From the NCBI GenBank assembly GCA_039698055.1, contig JBDKTL010000007.1, forward strand, positions 53,884 through 117,883: a stretch of DNA of 64,000 nt. The letters run 5' to 3'. Under the pieces are notes generated by a model. It saw only the letters and a list, made by a program, of their open reading frames with translations. It was not told where the DNA came from and did not search any database. Origin of the DNA: Methanoregula sp. Lineage in GTDB: Archaea > Halobacteriota > Methanomicrobia > Methanomicrobiales > Methanospirillaceae. The position numbers and the translations under genes were made by a program. The stretch's first letter is position 1; every line of letters begins with the position of its first letter. This document shows, piece by piece, positions 30,413-42,997 of the stretch.

Positions 30413-31573
30413 ATGAAGACTATACTCTTGATTAGTCTGGTCACCATCTGCCTGCTGGCAGGGATGGGAGCTGTCAGCGCATATACCACCCCCGAATCAA
30501 TCGTTGCCTCCGGGAAAGTGTATGTGTCAGGTATAACCTATGACCCTGCGGCATTTTTTTCCGGCGATACCGGCACGGTTGCATTTGACGTAACCAACGG
30601 CAATACCGACCAGGGCATTGTCATCAATCATGCGACATTCGCCGATCAACTCTCAGATTTCAAGTTGTTGAGCGGTACCTACGATTACTCCGCAACGGTT
30701 GGCCCGGGAAAAACACAGACGTTTACGTTCAATATCAAAGCCGATGCATCCGACGGAACGTATTATCCCATGTTCTCCATAAGTTTCCGGGATGCGGATA
30801 GCCTGTGGGAAAAAACCATGGTAAAAATCGACAACACGCCCCTCATCCTGACCGTTATCGATAAACCCGACGCGTTCACGGAAGGGCGCAAGAAAACCAT
30901 TACGGTCCAGGTGGCAAACCCAAGGAACAATGACGTGAAAAATGTTATCCTTGAAGCAACCGGTCCCGGCATCACCGCCACACCATCAAAGTATTTCATC
31001 GGGAATATGGCTTCGGGCGGCAACCAGTCCATCGATGTTGCAATTACACCGGACCGGGCATCCACCCTGACCCTTTCGCTCCAGTACAACAACGGCGACA
31101 ACCTCCACACCGTCACCACGGACCTGCCCCTGAACTTTGGTACCGATAAAAAAGAGGCTAACCCGATTGTCAGCAATATCATCGTGAAAACCGAAAACGG
31201 ACTCTATCATGTTACGGGGGATGTGACAAATGCCGGCCTGGAAACTGCCAACTCGGTTACGGTCACTTCCCTTGACCCGGCTGTCCCGCAGGACCCCTAC
31301 CGGAATTATGTTGTCGGGGCTCTCAAACCGGATGATTTCGGCAGCTTTGAAGTGACATTCTCTGCGACAAATGCAACAAAAGTCCCGCTCCAGATGTCAT
31401 TTAAAGACGCCGACGGCAACCTCATTTCCTCCGTATATGACGTAAAAATACCGTCACTGTCAGCAACTTCCCAGAACAGCGGTCTCCCGATCGTCCCCAT
31501 CATTGCAGTAATAATCATCCTTGCTGTCTTTGTCGGGGGCTGGTTCTGGTACCTGCACAGGAAAAAACAGTGA
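30413..31573 (+). CDS. COG1361-type S-layer-domain secreted protein with C-terminal TM anchor
   Basis: Signal peptide, repeated Ig-like beta strands (GDVTNAGLETA, VGALKPDDFGSFE), TM followed by HRKK. Confidence 0.75.
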   Translation: MKTILLISLVTICLLAGMGAVSAYTTPESIVASGKVYVSGITYDPAAFFSGDTGTVAFDVTNGNTDQGIVINHATFADQLSDFKLLSGTYDYSATVGPGKTQTFTFNIKADASDGTYYPMFSISFRDADSLWEKTMVKIDNTPLILTVIDKPDAFTEGRKKTITVQVANPRNNDVKNVILEATGPGITATPSKYFIGNMASGGNQSIDVAITPDRASTLTLSLQYNNGDNLHTVTTDLPLNFGTDKKEANPIVSNIIVKTENGLYHVTGDVTNAGLETANSVTVTSLDPAVPQDPYRNYVVGALKPDDFGSFEVTFSATNATKVPLQMSFKDADGNLISSVYDVKIPSLSATSQNSGLPIVPIIAVIIILAVFVGGWFWYLHRKKQ

Positions 31574-32259
31574 CCGGTACCATGGACGATACTCCCGTGA
31601 TGGTGTTCTCGAACGTCATCAAAGTTTATCCTCTCCCTGCCGGGGATGTCATCGCACTCAATAATGTGTCATTCCAGGTGAACCGGGGAGAGTTCATCTC
31701 CATCATGGGGCCATCGGGTTCGGGAAAATCCACGCTCCTGAACCTGATGGGGTGCCTGGACACCCAGACCTCGGGCGATATCCTCATAAGCGGGGAACAA
31801 ATCCGGAATATGTCCGATGAGGAATTGACCAATCTCCGCCGGGACCGGATCGGTTTTATCTTCCAGTACTTCAACCTCTTCCCGCTGTTAAACATCATCG
31901 AGAACGTGACATTTCCCATGATGCTCAAATCACAAAAGATGGTGGACCCGGAAAAAGGGCGTGCCGTACTCCGCGCAGTCCAACTGGAAGAGAATCTTTT
32001 CACCCATACCCCCATGGAGCTCTCCGGCGGGCAACAGCAGCGAGTTGCCATCGCCCGCGCGCTCGTGAACGATCCTGATATTCTTCTCTGCGATGAACCC
32101 ACAGGAAACCTCGACTCAAAAACAGGAGCCGGCATCATGGACCTGATGACCGAATTAAACCAGAAAGGAACGACAATCATCATGGTCACTCATGATCCCC
32201 ATATTGCCGAGTACTCACGGCGTACAATCCGGATCGCGGATGGGAGGATCGTGGAATGA
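31570..32259 (+). CDS. ABC transporter ATP-binding protein (LolD/MacB type)
   Basis: [32 protein letters not shown] and VTHD. Confidence 0.95.
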   Translation: MTGTMDDTPVMVFSNVIKVYPLPAGDVIALNNVSFQVNRGEFISIMGPSGSGKSTLLNLMGCLDTQTSGDILISGEQIRNMSDEELTNLRRDRIGFIFQYFNLFPLLNIIENVTFPMMLKSQKMVDPEKGRAVLRAVQLEENLFTHTPMELSGGQQQRVAIARALVNDPDILLCDEPTGNLDSKTGAGIMDLMTELNQKGTTIIMVTHDPHIAEYSRRTIRIADGRIVE

Positions 32260-33440
32260 TCTTCTGGGAGATTGCAAAAAGGAATACCAAAATCCACATG
32301 CTCCGCTCGTTTCTTGCGATGCTTGGGATCGTTATCGGGGTAGTTGCAATTGCCACGATGGGCATTCTCGGGAACAGCATGGTGCTTGCGGTCACCGACA
32401 GTCTCCGGTCTGTTGGCGACAGCGTGATCGTAACCCCGCATGTCGGTGGTGGAAATGCATTTGGCGGTAGCGGGGTAAGTGCCGCAAACCTCAAAATTTC
32501 CGAACAGAATTTCGAGCAGATCAAACGTGCTTCCGCGCCAAATATAGCGATACCCGTTCTCCAGACGTCAGACCGGATGAAACTGGGTGTTGGGGGAGAT
32601 GATATTGTCGCTGCGGTCTATGGCATCAATCCCGAAGATGTGCCTGACCTCCTGAAGTTAAAAGAGGGGGGATACAGCCGGGCAAACTCCGGGTGCCTTG
32701 TCGGGGCAAAATTTGCCGATGACAACAATGTCAAGGTCGGCTCACGGATCTCTATTGGCCCCGACGGGGACAAGGGAACCCTGCGGGTGACCGGTATTAT
32801 CGAGGAGCGGGGAATGGCGTTTGACGTCAGCACCGATTCTGCGATTGTGGTGACCAAAGACTGGTTTGACAATGCATACAACCGCAATGATTACGACAAG
32901 GTAGTCGTGAAAGTGAATAACCTCGATGATCTCCCCGTGGTAAAGGTGGCGATTGAAAAACAGATGAACAAGCGCGACAAGATCGTCGATGTGATGGATA
33001 CCAGAAAGACCATGGAGACAATCTTCCAGACATTTGGCCAGATCACGACATTTGTCTCGGCTATCGGGGGGATTTCGATGATCGTCGCCGGTGTTTCCAT
33101 CCTCAATATCATGATGATGTCAGTCACCGAAAGGATCAAGGAGATCGGCATCATGCGCAGTATCGGGGCGCAGAAAAAAGAAGTGATGTCGATGTTCATC
33201 TACGAAGCATTGATTCTGGGTGTCGTGGGAAGCCTGATCGGCGGTTTATTGAGCCTGATCGGAGGATATGCGATCAGCAGCCTGCTTCTCCAGACAACAA
33301 AATACCTTTTTGTGCCGTCAAGCCTGGTCAGCATTGTGTATGGGGTGAGCTTTGGTATCATCGTCTCCCTTGTCTGCGGGCTCTACCCGGCGTGGCGTGC
33401 GGCGAACTTAAGCCCCATCGATGCCCTGCGACACGAATAA
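32256..33440 (+). CDS. ABC transporter permease (MacB/FtsX type)
   Basis: RSFLAMLGIVIGV, SVTERIKEIGIMRSIGA and YPAWRAA...PIDALR. Confidence 0.93.
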   Translation: MIFWEIAKRNTKIHMLRSFLAMLGIVIGVVAIATMGILGNSMVLAVTDSLRSVGDSVIVTPHVGGGNAFGGSGVSAANLKISEQNFEQIKRASAPNIAIPVLQTSDRMKLGVGGDDIVAAVYGINPEDVPDLLKLKEGGYSRANSGCLVGAKFADDNNVKVGSRISIGPDGDKGTLRVTGIIEERGMAFDVSTDSAIVVTKDWFDNAYNRNDYDKVVVKVNNLDDLPVVKVAIEKQMNKRDKIVDVMDTRKTMETIFQTFGQITTFVSAIGGISMIVAGVSILNIMMMSVTERIKEIGIMRSIGAQKKEVMSMFIYEALILGVVGSLIGGLLSLIGGYAISSLLLQTTKYLFVPSSLVSIVYGVSFGIIVSLVCGLYPAWRAANLSPIDALRHE

Positions 33441-33509
33441 TATCCATCCTTTTTTGCCCGAAGATGCTTTAGGGAAATAATTTAACCGGTACCGGAGATA
33501 CGTTATGCT

Positions 33510-34370
33510 ATGTGTCCTGCACCGCCGGTGACGGGTGAAGATATTGACTGGAATGAAGTCTGGAAAGCGCGGCAGATCCGGCACGAGTCCGCCCGGCTGT
33601 TTGATGATCCCTCCCATGACTGGAACAAGCGCGAGAACGCACAGCGGTATGATACCAGCGCAAAGAGCGAATTCGACGAACGGATTAAGACGACTATTGC
33701 CGGACTGGACATCTCGAAAAATTCCCGGGTCCTGGATATCGGTGCCGGGCCGGGCACGCTTGCCCTCCCGCTTTCACCGCTGGTAAAAGAAGTCACCGCG
33801 ATAGAACCCGGTGCCGGGATGATAGGTATCCTCAACGAGCATGTGGCAAAAAACCACATCGCGAACATCAGGACCATCCAGTCTCTGTGGGAAGATATCG
33901 AGCCTGCACGCGATCTTAAAGCCCCCTACGATATTGTGATCGCGTCGCTCTCGCTGACGATGGAGGATATCCGCGAATCTCTTACAAAGATGAACGCAGT
34001 TGCCAGCCAGTACGTGTACCTGTACTGGTTCATGGACTCGCCCTTCTGGGAGCGGATGTATGGCGATCTCTGGCAATCGCTGCACGGGAGCACGTATTAT
34101 CCCGGGCCAAAGGCTGACTGCCTGTGGAATGTTCTCTGCCAGATGGGGATTTATGCAAACGTCGAGATCCTGCCGCTCCGCAAAGAGTACCGGTTCTCCA
34201 CCCGTGAGGAAATGATTGAATTTTTCATGAAACGCTTCAACGCGAAAACTCCGGAACAGGAGCGGGGGCTGGTAAAATATATTACGCCGCTGATCCGGGA
34301 GGAGGGAAGTGAAGTCGTCATCTCCGGGGATTCAACGTTTGCGAAGGTGTGGTGGAAAAAGGAGCGATGA
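33510..34370 (+). CDS. Class I SAM-dependent methyltransferase
   Basis: VLDIGAGPG, VTAIEP and YDIVIAS motifs. Confidence 0.88.
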   Translation: MCPAPPVTGEDIDWNEVWKARQIRHESARLFDDPSHDWNKRENAQRYDTSAKSEFDERIKTTIAGLDISKNSRVLDIGAGPGTLALPLSPLVKEVTAIEPGAGMIGILNEHVAKNHIANIRTIQSLWEDIEPARDLKAPYDIVIASLSLTMEDIRESLTKMNAVASQYVYLYWFMDSPFWERMYGDLWQSLHGSTYYPGPKADCLWNVLCQMGIYANVEILPLRKEYRFSTREEMIEFFMKRFNAKTPEQERGLVKYITPLIREEGSEVVISGDSTFAKVWWKKER

Positions 34371-34422
34371 TGCATTACATCAGGCACGGTCGTTCGGGAG
34401 AGAATAAACAGATGATGTAAAA

Positions 34423-35172
34423 TCATACTGTTATTTCTGGCAATTTCATTACAGTTATTCCGCTGTTGAATTCAACCAATTTTTCCCAGTCGATCTGTCC
34501 GTTTACTTTACAAAAAATATCCGTGAATTGTCTGGAGAATCGATTGATAAGCATGGAATATTCGTTCATGAACTCTTCATTTTTCTCTTTTGCCTTGTGT
34601 CCAAGTGGTTCGATGATCTTCTTATAAAAGTCCGGATCTCCGGAAATAAATTCCCAGAACGATTGCCCACATTTTTTTATGTAATCTCCTTTATTCTCAC
34701 TCCTATCCCTTCCGTAACAACATCCATTCACACAAATAATGTTTCGATCTTTGAGGATTTTTCTAGCCTTTTTAAAGGCCGCCTTCATTTCTCTAATCTG
34801 ACCGCTGTTTCCCCAGTTGGGACCTGATTTAATGGAAACAAGATATCGAGATCCATCACGGGTGAAATCAAGATCAAGTCCTTCCCCCGGTGTTTTGGAA
34901 CCCCCATATGTTTTTTCACACACAAATTGGGCGAGATCTTCCAAAAAGTCGCCAAACATCGTTTCTTCCTGTGATGAGAGATACGCATCAACAATGCTTC
35001 TGATAAAAACCTCAGATGTAGTGATGTTCTTTGCTTTGAACAAGTAGGGATTTTTCCTTTTAAGCAATTGAGTTAGCTGAATTTTTTTGATGTTTTTTAA
35101 TTTCGTCTCATGAAATGAGCCGATATTTTCATCGACAAATTTTGTTATTTCGTTCAGTGTGAGAGTATTCAT
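34423..35172 (-). CDS. Type II restriction endonuclease (EcoO109I/PmeII-like PD-(D/E)XK family)
   Basis: KNPYLF, SSQEETMFG, GLDL...SIKSGPNWGN; 2 bp downstream of a DNA MTase; AT-rich. Confidence 0.8.
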   Translation of the reverse strand: MNTLTLNEITKFVDENIGSFHETKLKNIKKIQLTQLLKRKNPYLFKAKNITTSEVFIRSIVDAYLSSQEETMFGDFLEDLAQFVCEKTYGGSKTPGEGLDLDFTRDGSRYLVSIKSGPNWGNSGQIREMKAAFKKARKILKDRNIICVNGCCYGRDRSENKGDYIKKCGQSFWEFISGDPDFYKKIIEPLGHKAKEKNEEFMNEYSMLINRFSRQFTDIFCKVNGQIDWEKLVEFNSGITVMKLPEITV

Positions 35173-35174
35173 CG

Positions 35175-36065
35175 TTACTCCAAAAGTGAATCAACCCTTT
35201 CTTTTGCTAATTGACAATATTCGGGTTGCGTGTCGATACCGATGAAATGTCGATTATTTTTCTTTGATGCAACAGCTGTCGAACCTGATCCCATAAACGG
35301 ATCCAACACAACGTCATCCTTTGCAGTGAAGAGTTTGATGAACCATTCAGGTAAAGATTCAGGAAACGCGGCGCTGTGCTGCTTGTAACCGCACTCAGTA
35401 GCAATATTCAGTACATTTGTGGGATAAACCATTTCACGTCCAACCCAGTTTGCAATTTTTTTCCCAAAACCACTCTTGGTCTTGGACTCATCGCGGGTAA
35501 GATCAGTCTGATTAAGATTTTTTAAGCGTGATTTAGACCAGTCACCAACGGGTATCATCACGGCATCCTGAAACATCTTAAATTTTTTTGTTTTGTTAAA
35601 CTGTAGACAGCGTTCCCATGAATCGCGGAATCGATTCGGCCATTTTCCTGGATAGCAGTTCTTCTTTGACCAGATAAATTCCTCAGTCCAGAACCATCCC
35701 TGTTTTCGCAATTCAAGGATTAACTCCAGAACAAAGGTATGCCTCTCACCATCTACCACTCGTTCCTTGATGTTGAGGATAAAAGAGCCATCAGGTTTCA
35801 GCACTCGCAAGAACTCTTTACTTTTCGGTAAAAACCAATCCACGTACTGATCCGGATGTATCCCCCCGTAAGTCTTTTTCCTCTGATCCGCATAGGGAGG
35901 CGAGGTCACAATAAGATCAATACAATTATCAGGAAACGTCTTGAGAAGATCCTCACAATCTCCGCAAATGATTGTATCCAGTGGGAGTACATTGATTCGA
36001 TTCAGCACAGTATGTTGCTGATAAAAATCACTCAGTTTTACGATCTTAATCGAACCAGTACTCAT
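35175..36065 (-). CDS. Beta-class amino DNA methyltransferase (likely N4-cytosine, M.PvuII-like)
   Basis: DLIVTSPPY before H.A.FP and VLDPFMGSG (beta order); resembles M.PvuII (QRKK.YG...YVDWFL...LKPDGSF). Confidence 0.9.
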   Translation of the reverse strand: MSTGSIKIVKLSDFYQQHTVLNRINVLPLDTIICGDCEDLLKTFPDNCIDLIVTSPPYADQRKKTYGGIHPDQYVDWFLPKSKEFLRVLKPDGSFILNIKERVVDGERHTFVLELILELRKQGWFWTEEFIWSKKNCYPGKWPNRFRDSWERCLQFNKTKKFKMFQDAVMIPVGDWSKSRLKNLNQTDLTRDESKTKSGFGKKIANWVGREMVYPTNVLNIATECGYKQHSAAFPESLPEWFIKLFTAKDDVVLDPFMGSGSTAVASKKNNRHFIGIDTQPEYCQLAKERVDSLLE

Positions 36066-36217
36066 AGTCAATCTAATGTTACGATTCCTTATTAAAAAAG
36101 GTCGTTATGTGGGGGTTGAAAGTGCTATTCGTTTTGTCTTGACCCCACAAAACCTCAATCCCCATACACTCCATGTTCCCCAAAAAACTGGACGGTGATC
36201 TGTATCCCCCGTACCTC

Positions 36218-37354
36218 TTACTTCCCCAGTCTTCGAATCCTTCCCATCGCTTCTTTTAATTTCTCCATCGACGTCGCGTAGGAAAGCCGGATCCAGCCCG
36301 GTGCATAGAACGCACTGCCGGGCGTCCCTGCCACATGGCCCTGTTCAAGCCAGCGGGTGGCAATCTCCATATCGTCGCCATCTACTTTTACAAACGCGTA
36401 GAATGCCCCGTCTGCCGGTGCCGTCTGGTATCCCATCAGGGCAAGTTCAGAGATGATGTATTTTCGCCGGCGGTCAAACTCCAGCCGCATCTCTTCAACA
36501 CATCGCTGATCGCCTTTAAGTGCCGCGACAGCTCCCCACATCGCAAACGTTGTCGCCTGCGAAACCGAGTGCTGCTGCACCTTGGACATCTGCCGGATGA
36601 TCTCAACCGGTGCCACCGCATACCCAAGACGCCAGCCGGTCATTGCATATGCCTTTGAAAACCCGTTGATGGTGATCGTCCGCTGCGCCATATCGCCGAT
36701 ACTTGCAAGCGAGATAGGCTCTTTGCCATATACCATCTTTTCGTAAATCTCGTCGGACATCGCGTAGATATCGTAATCCTCGCAGAGATCCGCAACAAGT
36801 TTCATCGACTTGGCGTCAAAAACGGCACCCGTCGGATTTGACGGTGAATTGACAACGATCATCTTTGTCCGGGCGTTCACCCGGTCAAGCAGGGAATCGT
36901 CGAGCTGGAAGGTTTTCGGGTTGATTGCATGTTTTACGGTTTTTCCCCCGGCAATCTGCACGCACGGCTCATACGACACCCATGCCGGCGTGAGCATGAT
37001 CACCTCATCGCCCGGGTTGAGAACCGCCTCCATTCCCTCGTAAATCGCGTCCTTTGCGCCACAAGCGACAATCACCTGCTCGGGTTTGCAGGGGACATGG
37101 TTCTCTGTGGTGATCTTTTCGCTGATCGCCGACAGGAGTTCCGGGATACCGTTGCTTGGCGCATAGTGCGTCTCTCCCCGGTTCAGCGCATCAATACAGG
37201 CATCCGTGATATGCCGGGGTGTATTAAAATCCGGCTCGCCAATAGACAGGCTGATGACATCGATCCCCTCGCGCTGCATCCTTTTTGCCTTATCGGAAAT
37301 CGCAATGGTCGCCGAGGGAGCAACCGCCGCGATCTTCTCCGAAAGCGATCTCAT
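36218..37354 (-). CDS. Class I/II PLP aminotransferase (aspartate aminotransferase-like)
   Basis: [18 protein letters not shown] and [12 protein letters not shown]. Confidence 0.93.
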   Translation of the reverse strand: MRSLSEKIAAVAPSATIAISDKAKRMQREGIDVISLSIGEPDFNTPRHITDACIDALNRGETHYAPSNGIPELLSAISEKITTENHVPCKPEQVIVACGAKDAIYEGMEAVLNPGDEVIMLTPAWVSYEPCVQIAGGKTVKHAINPKTFQLDDSLLDRVNARTKMIVVNSPSNPTGAVFDAKSMKLVADLCEDYDIYAMSDEIYEKMVYGKEPISLASIGDMAQRTITINGFSKAYAMTGWRLGYAVAPVEIIRQMSKVQQHSVSQATTFAMWGAVAALKGDQRCVEEMRLEFDRRRKYIISELALMGYQTAPADGAFYAFVKVDGDDMEIATRWLEQGHVAGTPGSAFYAPGWIRLSYATSMEKLKEAMGRIRRLGK

Positions 37355-37770
37355 TTCAATCGCTGGACAAGTTTGATGGCTGATTCAACGGCACGTTTTG
37401 CGTAATCGATACGCTCGTTGGCTTCAAGGCGTGTCATGCCGGGTCCCGAGATGCCAAGCGTTACCGGTTTGCCATATTCAAGTGAAAGATCGATGATCTT
37501 CCGTGACGCGTGCTGCACGACAATTGCGTCATGACCGGTTGCGCCTTCAATCACGCAGCCGATAGTCACAACAGCGTCTACTTTCCCTGCGGCAAGCATC
37601 TTTTTTATCGCAAGCGGCATGTCGTACGCGCCCGGTACGTAGATGCATTCCGTCACTTCAGCACCAAGGAACGCGGCGTGTTCCCTGCCTTCAATCTCCA
37701 TCATATACGTGATGTCGCGGTTAAATTCAGCCACAACAAATCCCAGTTTTATCGGTTTAGTATCACACAT
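37351..37770 (-). CDS. ribH: 6,7-dimethyl-8-ribityllumazine synthase
   Basis: [22 protein letters not shown] and PVTLGI. Confidence 0.95.
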   Translation of the reverse strand: MCDTKPIKLGFVVAEFNRDITYMMEIEGREHAAFLGAEVTECIYVPGAYDMPLAIKKMLAAGKVDAVVTIGCVIEGATGHDAIVVQHASRKIIDLSLEYGKPVTLGISGPGMTRLEANERIDYAKRAVESAIKLVQRLK

Positions 37771-37820
37771 AATTGATCAACTCTTTTTTATCGATCCAGA
37801 TAAAGCCGTACGCTTGTTAC

Positions 37821-39409
<1,589 letters not shown>

Positions 39410-39463
39410 GTGGATCTGCCCATACTATATTTATATAGACAGGATATAAGTTTGGATGGCAAA

Positions 39464-39856
39464 ATGGCAGACGTAGCAATAATTTCAGGATCTGCATCCG
39501 ATGCAAAAATTACCGACAAGGTCAAAAAAGTACTTGACGAGAACAAGGTGTCATATGACGCCCAGGTAATATCCGCTCACCGCGACCCCGACAAGCTGGA
39601 GGCGTATATCAAGGCAAGCGACGCAAAAATTTTCATCGCGATTGCCGGCCTTTCCGCAGCCCTGCCGGGTGTCATTGCATCAAGGTCCGACAAACCGGTT
39701 ATTGGTGTCCCGGTGAGCGGGACGCTGAATGGCATGGATGCTCTCCTCTCAATCGCCCAGATGCCAAAAGGTGTTCCCGTGGCCTGCGTAGGAGTGGATA
39801 ATGGCGAGAATGCTGCGTGGCTGGCAGTCCGGATCCTGAAACTGATGAGATCGTAA
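39464..39856 (+). CDS. purE: AIR carboxylase / N5-CAIR mutase PurE
   Basis: [24 protein letters not shown] and QMPKGVPVA; start MADVAI. Confidence 0.95.
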   Translation: MADVAIISGSASDAKITDKVKKVLDENKVSYDAQVISAHRDPDKLEAYIKASDAKIFIAIAGLSAALPGVIASRSDKPVIGVPVSGTLNGMDALLSIAQMPKGVPVACVGVDNGENAAWLAVRILKLMRS

Positions 39857-39902
39857 TTCTCACAATCTTTTTTTCTATTCGATAATCAGAAAAACAATAT
39901 TT

Positions 39903-40628
39903 TCACTTATTGACAGTCCCCTTTCCGGACTTCCTTCCATGCGGGCAGATATACAGGCACAGGCCGCAGACAGCAACACCCTTGGATCTCTCGATTTCCT
40001 TAAAATACCGGTCACAGGCTGCCGCATCGAATCGTGCCTCCCGCGGTTCATTGGGATCGAACGGTCTGCCGGTAAACGCCTGTTTCGGGCAGATATCCAC
40101 GCACGCCGTGCATTGACCGCACCGGGATTCCATCGCGGAACCGGTCGGTGTAAGTGGGGCATCGGTAAGGATAGTGACCCAGCGGACACGGGACCCGTGA
40201 TCGGGTGTAACAAGCAGGCAACTCTTTCCGATCCAACCCATTCCCGCGAGGTGCGCGGCCAGTTTCTGGGAGAAGACACCGCTGATATGTTCATCGTCAG
40301 TCCGTTTGGATGCGGGGACACAGAACACTGAAAAGCCCTCCTTCTGGACTGCATTTGCCACCCGGAGCGCGATCTGGTCGAGGGCAAGATTAACGACATC
40401 ATATGCGGTGTGCCGGTACAGTATTGCCCCAGCCTTGTCCTTATCCGGCAGGAGGTTGACAATGCTGTCCTGCAAAACCATCCCGATCGCAATTGCCCTC
40501 GGGTAATGTGCGACCCGCTCTCCTCCCTGCGCACGGATGAACTCCTTAGCCAATGAAAGATCGGCTACGCCATAATAGTCCGCTCCAAGGGATCTGACAA
40601 GCGCGCTGACCCGTTTATCCAGATTCAT
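39903..40628 (-). CDS. QueG (epoxyqueuosine reductase)-like 4Fe-4S protein
   Basis: AAHLAGMGWIGKS.L.VTP..G, CGQCTACVDICP and CGLCLYICP. Confidence 0.8.
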   Translation of the reverse strand: MNLDKRVSALVRSLGADYYGVADLSLAKEFIRAQGGERVAHYPRAIAIGMVLQDSIVNLLPDKDKAGAILYRHTAYDVVNLALDQIALRVANAVQKEGFSVFCVPASKRTDDEHISGVFSQKLAAHLAGMGWIGKSCLLVTPDHGSRVRWVTILTDAPLTPTGSAMESRCGQCTACVDICPKQAFTGRPFDPNEPREARFDAAACDRYFKEIERSKGVAVCGLCLYICPHGRKSGKGTVNK

Positions 40629-40737
40629 ATTGATCGTTCATGTACCGGAAGCATGTCCGGCAATTTCTCAATTTCGGTCGGAGGGATGCTTAAGGGAGAG
40701 CGCATGCTCATCACGGATCAAAACCAACGTTTTTCCC

Positions 40738-42111
40738 ATGACCAGCCCGGGTGAGAAGCGAATCCTGCTGTTTGTCGCTTCACTCGCTTCATTTCTCGTC
40801 CCATACACGGTTTCATCGCTTACGGTCGCCCTTCCCGCGATCAGCACATCGTTTGGCCTCGATGCCGTTACCCTTGGCTGGGTCACGTCCGCATACCTTC
40901 TTACCGCCGCGATCTTTATTGTCCCGTTGGGAAAACTTGCCGATATATACGGGAGAAAACGGTTCTTTATCATCGGTAATGTTCTCTTTGCCGCAGGATC
41001 GTTTCTTGCTGCGGTTTCATGGTCGGGTTCCGTCATTATCACCGCCCGGGTCATCCAGGCGCTTGGTGGAGCGATGGTCTTCTCGACCTCGATTGCAATT
41101 GTAACTGCTGTCTTCCCGCACGGCGAGCGGGGAAAAGCAATCGGGATCGTCACCGCAACGGTCTACACCGGCCTTTCCCTCGGGCCATTCATCGGTGGCG
41201 TCCTTACCCAGAACATTGGCTGGCCAAGCATATTCCTCGTAAACATACCCCTCGCTATCATCGTCATCGTACTCACCCTCCTGTACATTCCTGAAGAATG
41301 GGCAGAGACCGGCAAATCCTGGTTCGACGTCCGAGGATCGATACTGTATGGCGTGATGCTCTTTGGAGCCATTTATGGCCTCACGCTTCTCCCCTCACTG
41401 GAGGGGGTTTGCTGGATGGTGTCCGGTCTTCTTCTGTTTGTCGCATTTGTATGGTGGGAACGCAGGGTAAAGGAGCCGATTATTGATCTCTCCCTCTTTA
41501 CAAAGAGACCGGTATTTCTCTTCTCAAATATCGCCGCCCTTATCAATTACGCGGTCGTCTTTGCCGTCGGGTTCCTCCTCAGCCTGTACCTCCAGTACAA
41601 CCGTGGCATCGACCCCCAGACGGTGGGACTGATCCTCATCGCCCAGCCGGTCGTGCAGATGATCATTTCACCGGTTGCCGGCCATGTATCCGACCGGATT
41701 GATCCCCGGATCCTCGCCACCGCCGGCATGGGATGTACGACGCTCGGCCTTGGGGTTCTCATGCTGGTCTCCCCCTCGACATCAATCATCATCATCATTA
41801 TCGGTCTCCTGATCCTCGGGTTTGGGTATGGCCTCTTCTCCTCTCCGAACACCAACGCGATCATGAGCTCGGTCGAGGCAAAGCATCTCGGGATAGCCTC
41901 CGGAATGGTTGCAACCATGCGGGCAATCGGCCAGATGCTCAGCCTTGCCATCGTGATGCTGGTCTTTTCAGCGGTTATCGGGACGGTGCAGATCACGCCG
42001 GCCGTGTATCCCCAACTCCAGCAGAGCATGAACATCGCGTTTGCTGTCTTCTTCGCAATCGGGCTTGTCGGGATCTGGGCGTCCTATGCGAGAGGGAAGA
42101 CCCACGTCTGA
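40738..42111 (+). CDS. MFS transporter, DHA2-like
   Basis: VALPAI, GKLADIYGRKR, ERGKAIG and SSPNTNAIM; ~14 TM segments. Confidence 0.9.
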   Translation: MTSPGEKRILLFVASLASFLVPYTVSSLTVALPAISTSFGLDAVTLGWVTSAYLLTAAIFIVPLGKLADIYGRKRFFIIGNVLFAAGSFLAAVSWSGSVIITARVIQALGGAMVFSTSIAIVTAVFPHGERGKAIGIVTATVYTGLSLGPFIGGVLTQNIGWPSIFLVNIPLAIIVIVLTLLYIPEEWAETGKSWFDVRGSILYGVMLFGAIYGLTLLPSLEGVCWMVSGLLLFVAFVWWERRVKEPIIDLSLFTKRPVFLFSNIAALINYAVVFAVGFLLSLYLQYNRGIDPQTVGLILIAQPVVQMIISPVAGHVSDRIDPRILATAGMGCTTLGLGVLMLVSPSTSIIIIIIGLLILGFGYGLFSSPNTNAIMSSVEAKHLGIASGMVATMRAIGQMLSLAIVMLVFSAVIGTVQITPAVYPQLQQSMNIAFAVFFAIGLVGIWASYARGKTHV

Positions 42112-42219
42112 ACGCAGAAATAACAGACAAGTGTGGCACAGGAAGACCACCTTTTCCCGTATTACTTTCGCCCGGCGCACGCCCCGGTATTTATCCTGTC
42201 ATACTGAAGACACGGGATC

Positions 42220-42516
42220 ATGGCAGGAAAGATCGAGACCGTCTGCGGGTATTCGTGCAGCGACTGCGACCACCACGGGAACGAATGCCCCGGGTGCGAG
42301 GCCACGAAAGGAGCGCCGTTCTGGACTAAGTTTGCCAATGTCGGCTGCTGCCCGGTCTATGACTGTTGTGTGAATGAACGGAATCTTCCGCATTGCGGGG
42401 AATGCCCGGATCTGATGTGCGAGCGTTTCAGCCGGTTCAGGGATCCGGATATGAACGATGAGCAGGCTGCGGCAACACTTACTGCGATGGAACGGGAACT
42501 GCGGAGCAGGAGATAA
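42220..42516 (+). CDS. DUF3795-type Cys-rich small protein
   Basis: CG..C..C...CPGC...CPVYDCC...HCGECP..C pattern. Confidence 0.8.
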   Translation: MAGKIETVCGYSCSDCDHHGNECPGCEATKGAPFWTKFANVGCCPVYDCCVNERNLPHCGECPDLMCERFSRFRDPDMNDEQAAATLTAMERELRSRR

Positions 42517-42565
42517 CCAAAGGGTATAAGCAAGATTTTGTACCTTCCAGCCGAATGAAGGTACC

Positions 42566-42997
42566 ATGCCAGTACTGCACGAGCCGGTTGTCAGTCTTGA
42601 AGATCTCAGGATTAAATCTCACTCCGTCTCATCTGTGGATCTTGAAGTAATGATCCGGGTGCAGAACATTAACCCCATCGGGGTGACCCTCCGGGAGCTG
42701 CCTTTTGTCGTGCTGTGCCGGGGGGAATTGACAGCCCGGCAGATCGCAACCGGGAATACAGGAAAGGCTGTGATCCCGGCAAAGGATTGCGCCCTGCTTA
42801 ACGTCCCGGTCAGATCGGAGAAGACCGAACTCATCGGTGCGTTTGCAGATTTTGTTACCTGTGGTTCCGCAGAGGTAACGATCCAGGGGCTTGCGGTCAT
42901 CGACTGCATGTTGTTTGGGTGGTCTGTTCCCTTTACAAAAACGATGCCGGTAACGATGGACCAGATCATTGCCGGTGCGATTTTTCCCTCGGAATAA
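42566..42997 (+). CDS. LEA type 2 / WHy domain protein
   Basis: P.VS...I.VQNINPIGVTL...IATG...IPA beta-sandwich pattern. Confidence 0.75.
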   Translation: MPVLHEPVVSLEDLRIKSHSVSSVDLEVMIRVQNINPIGVTLRELPFVVLCRGELTARQIATGNTGKAVIPAKDCALLNVPVRSEKTELIGAFADFVTCGSAEVTIQGLAVIDCMLFGWSVPFTKTMPVTMDQIIAGAIFPSE

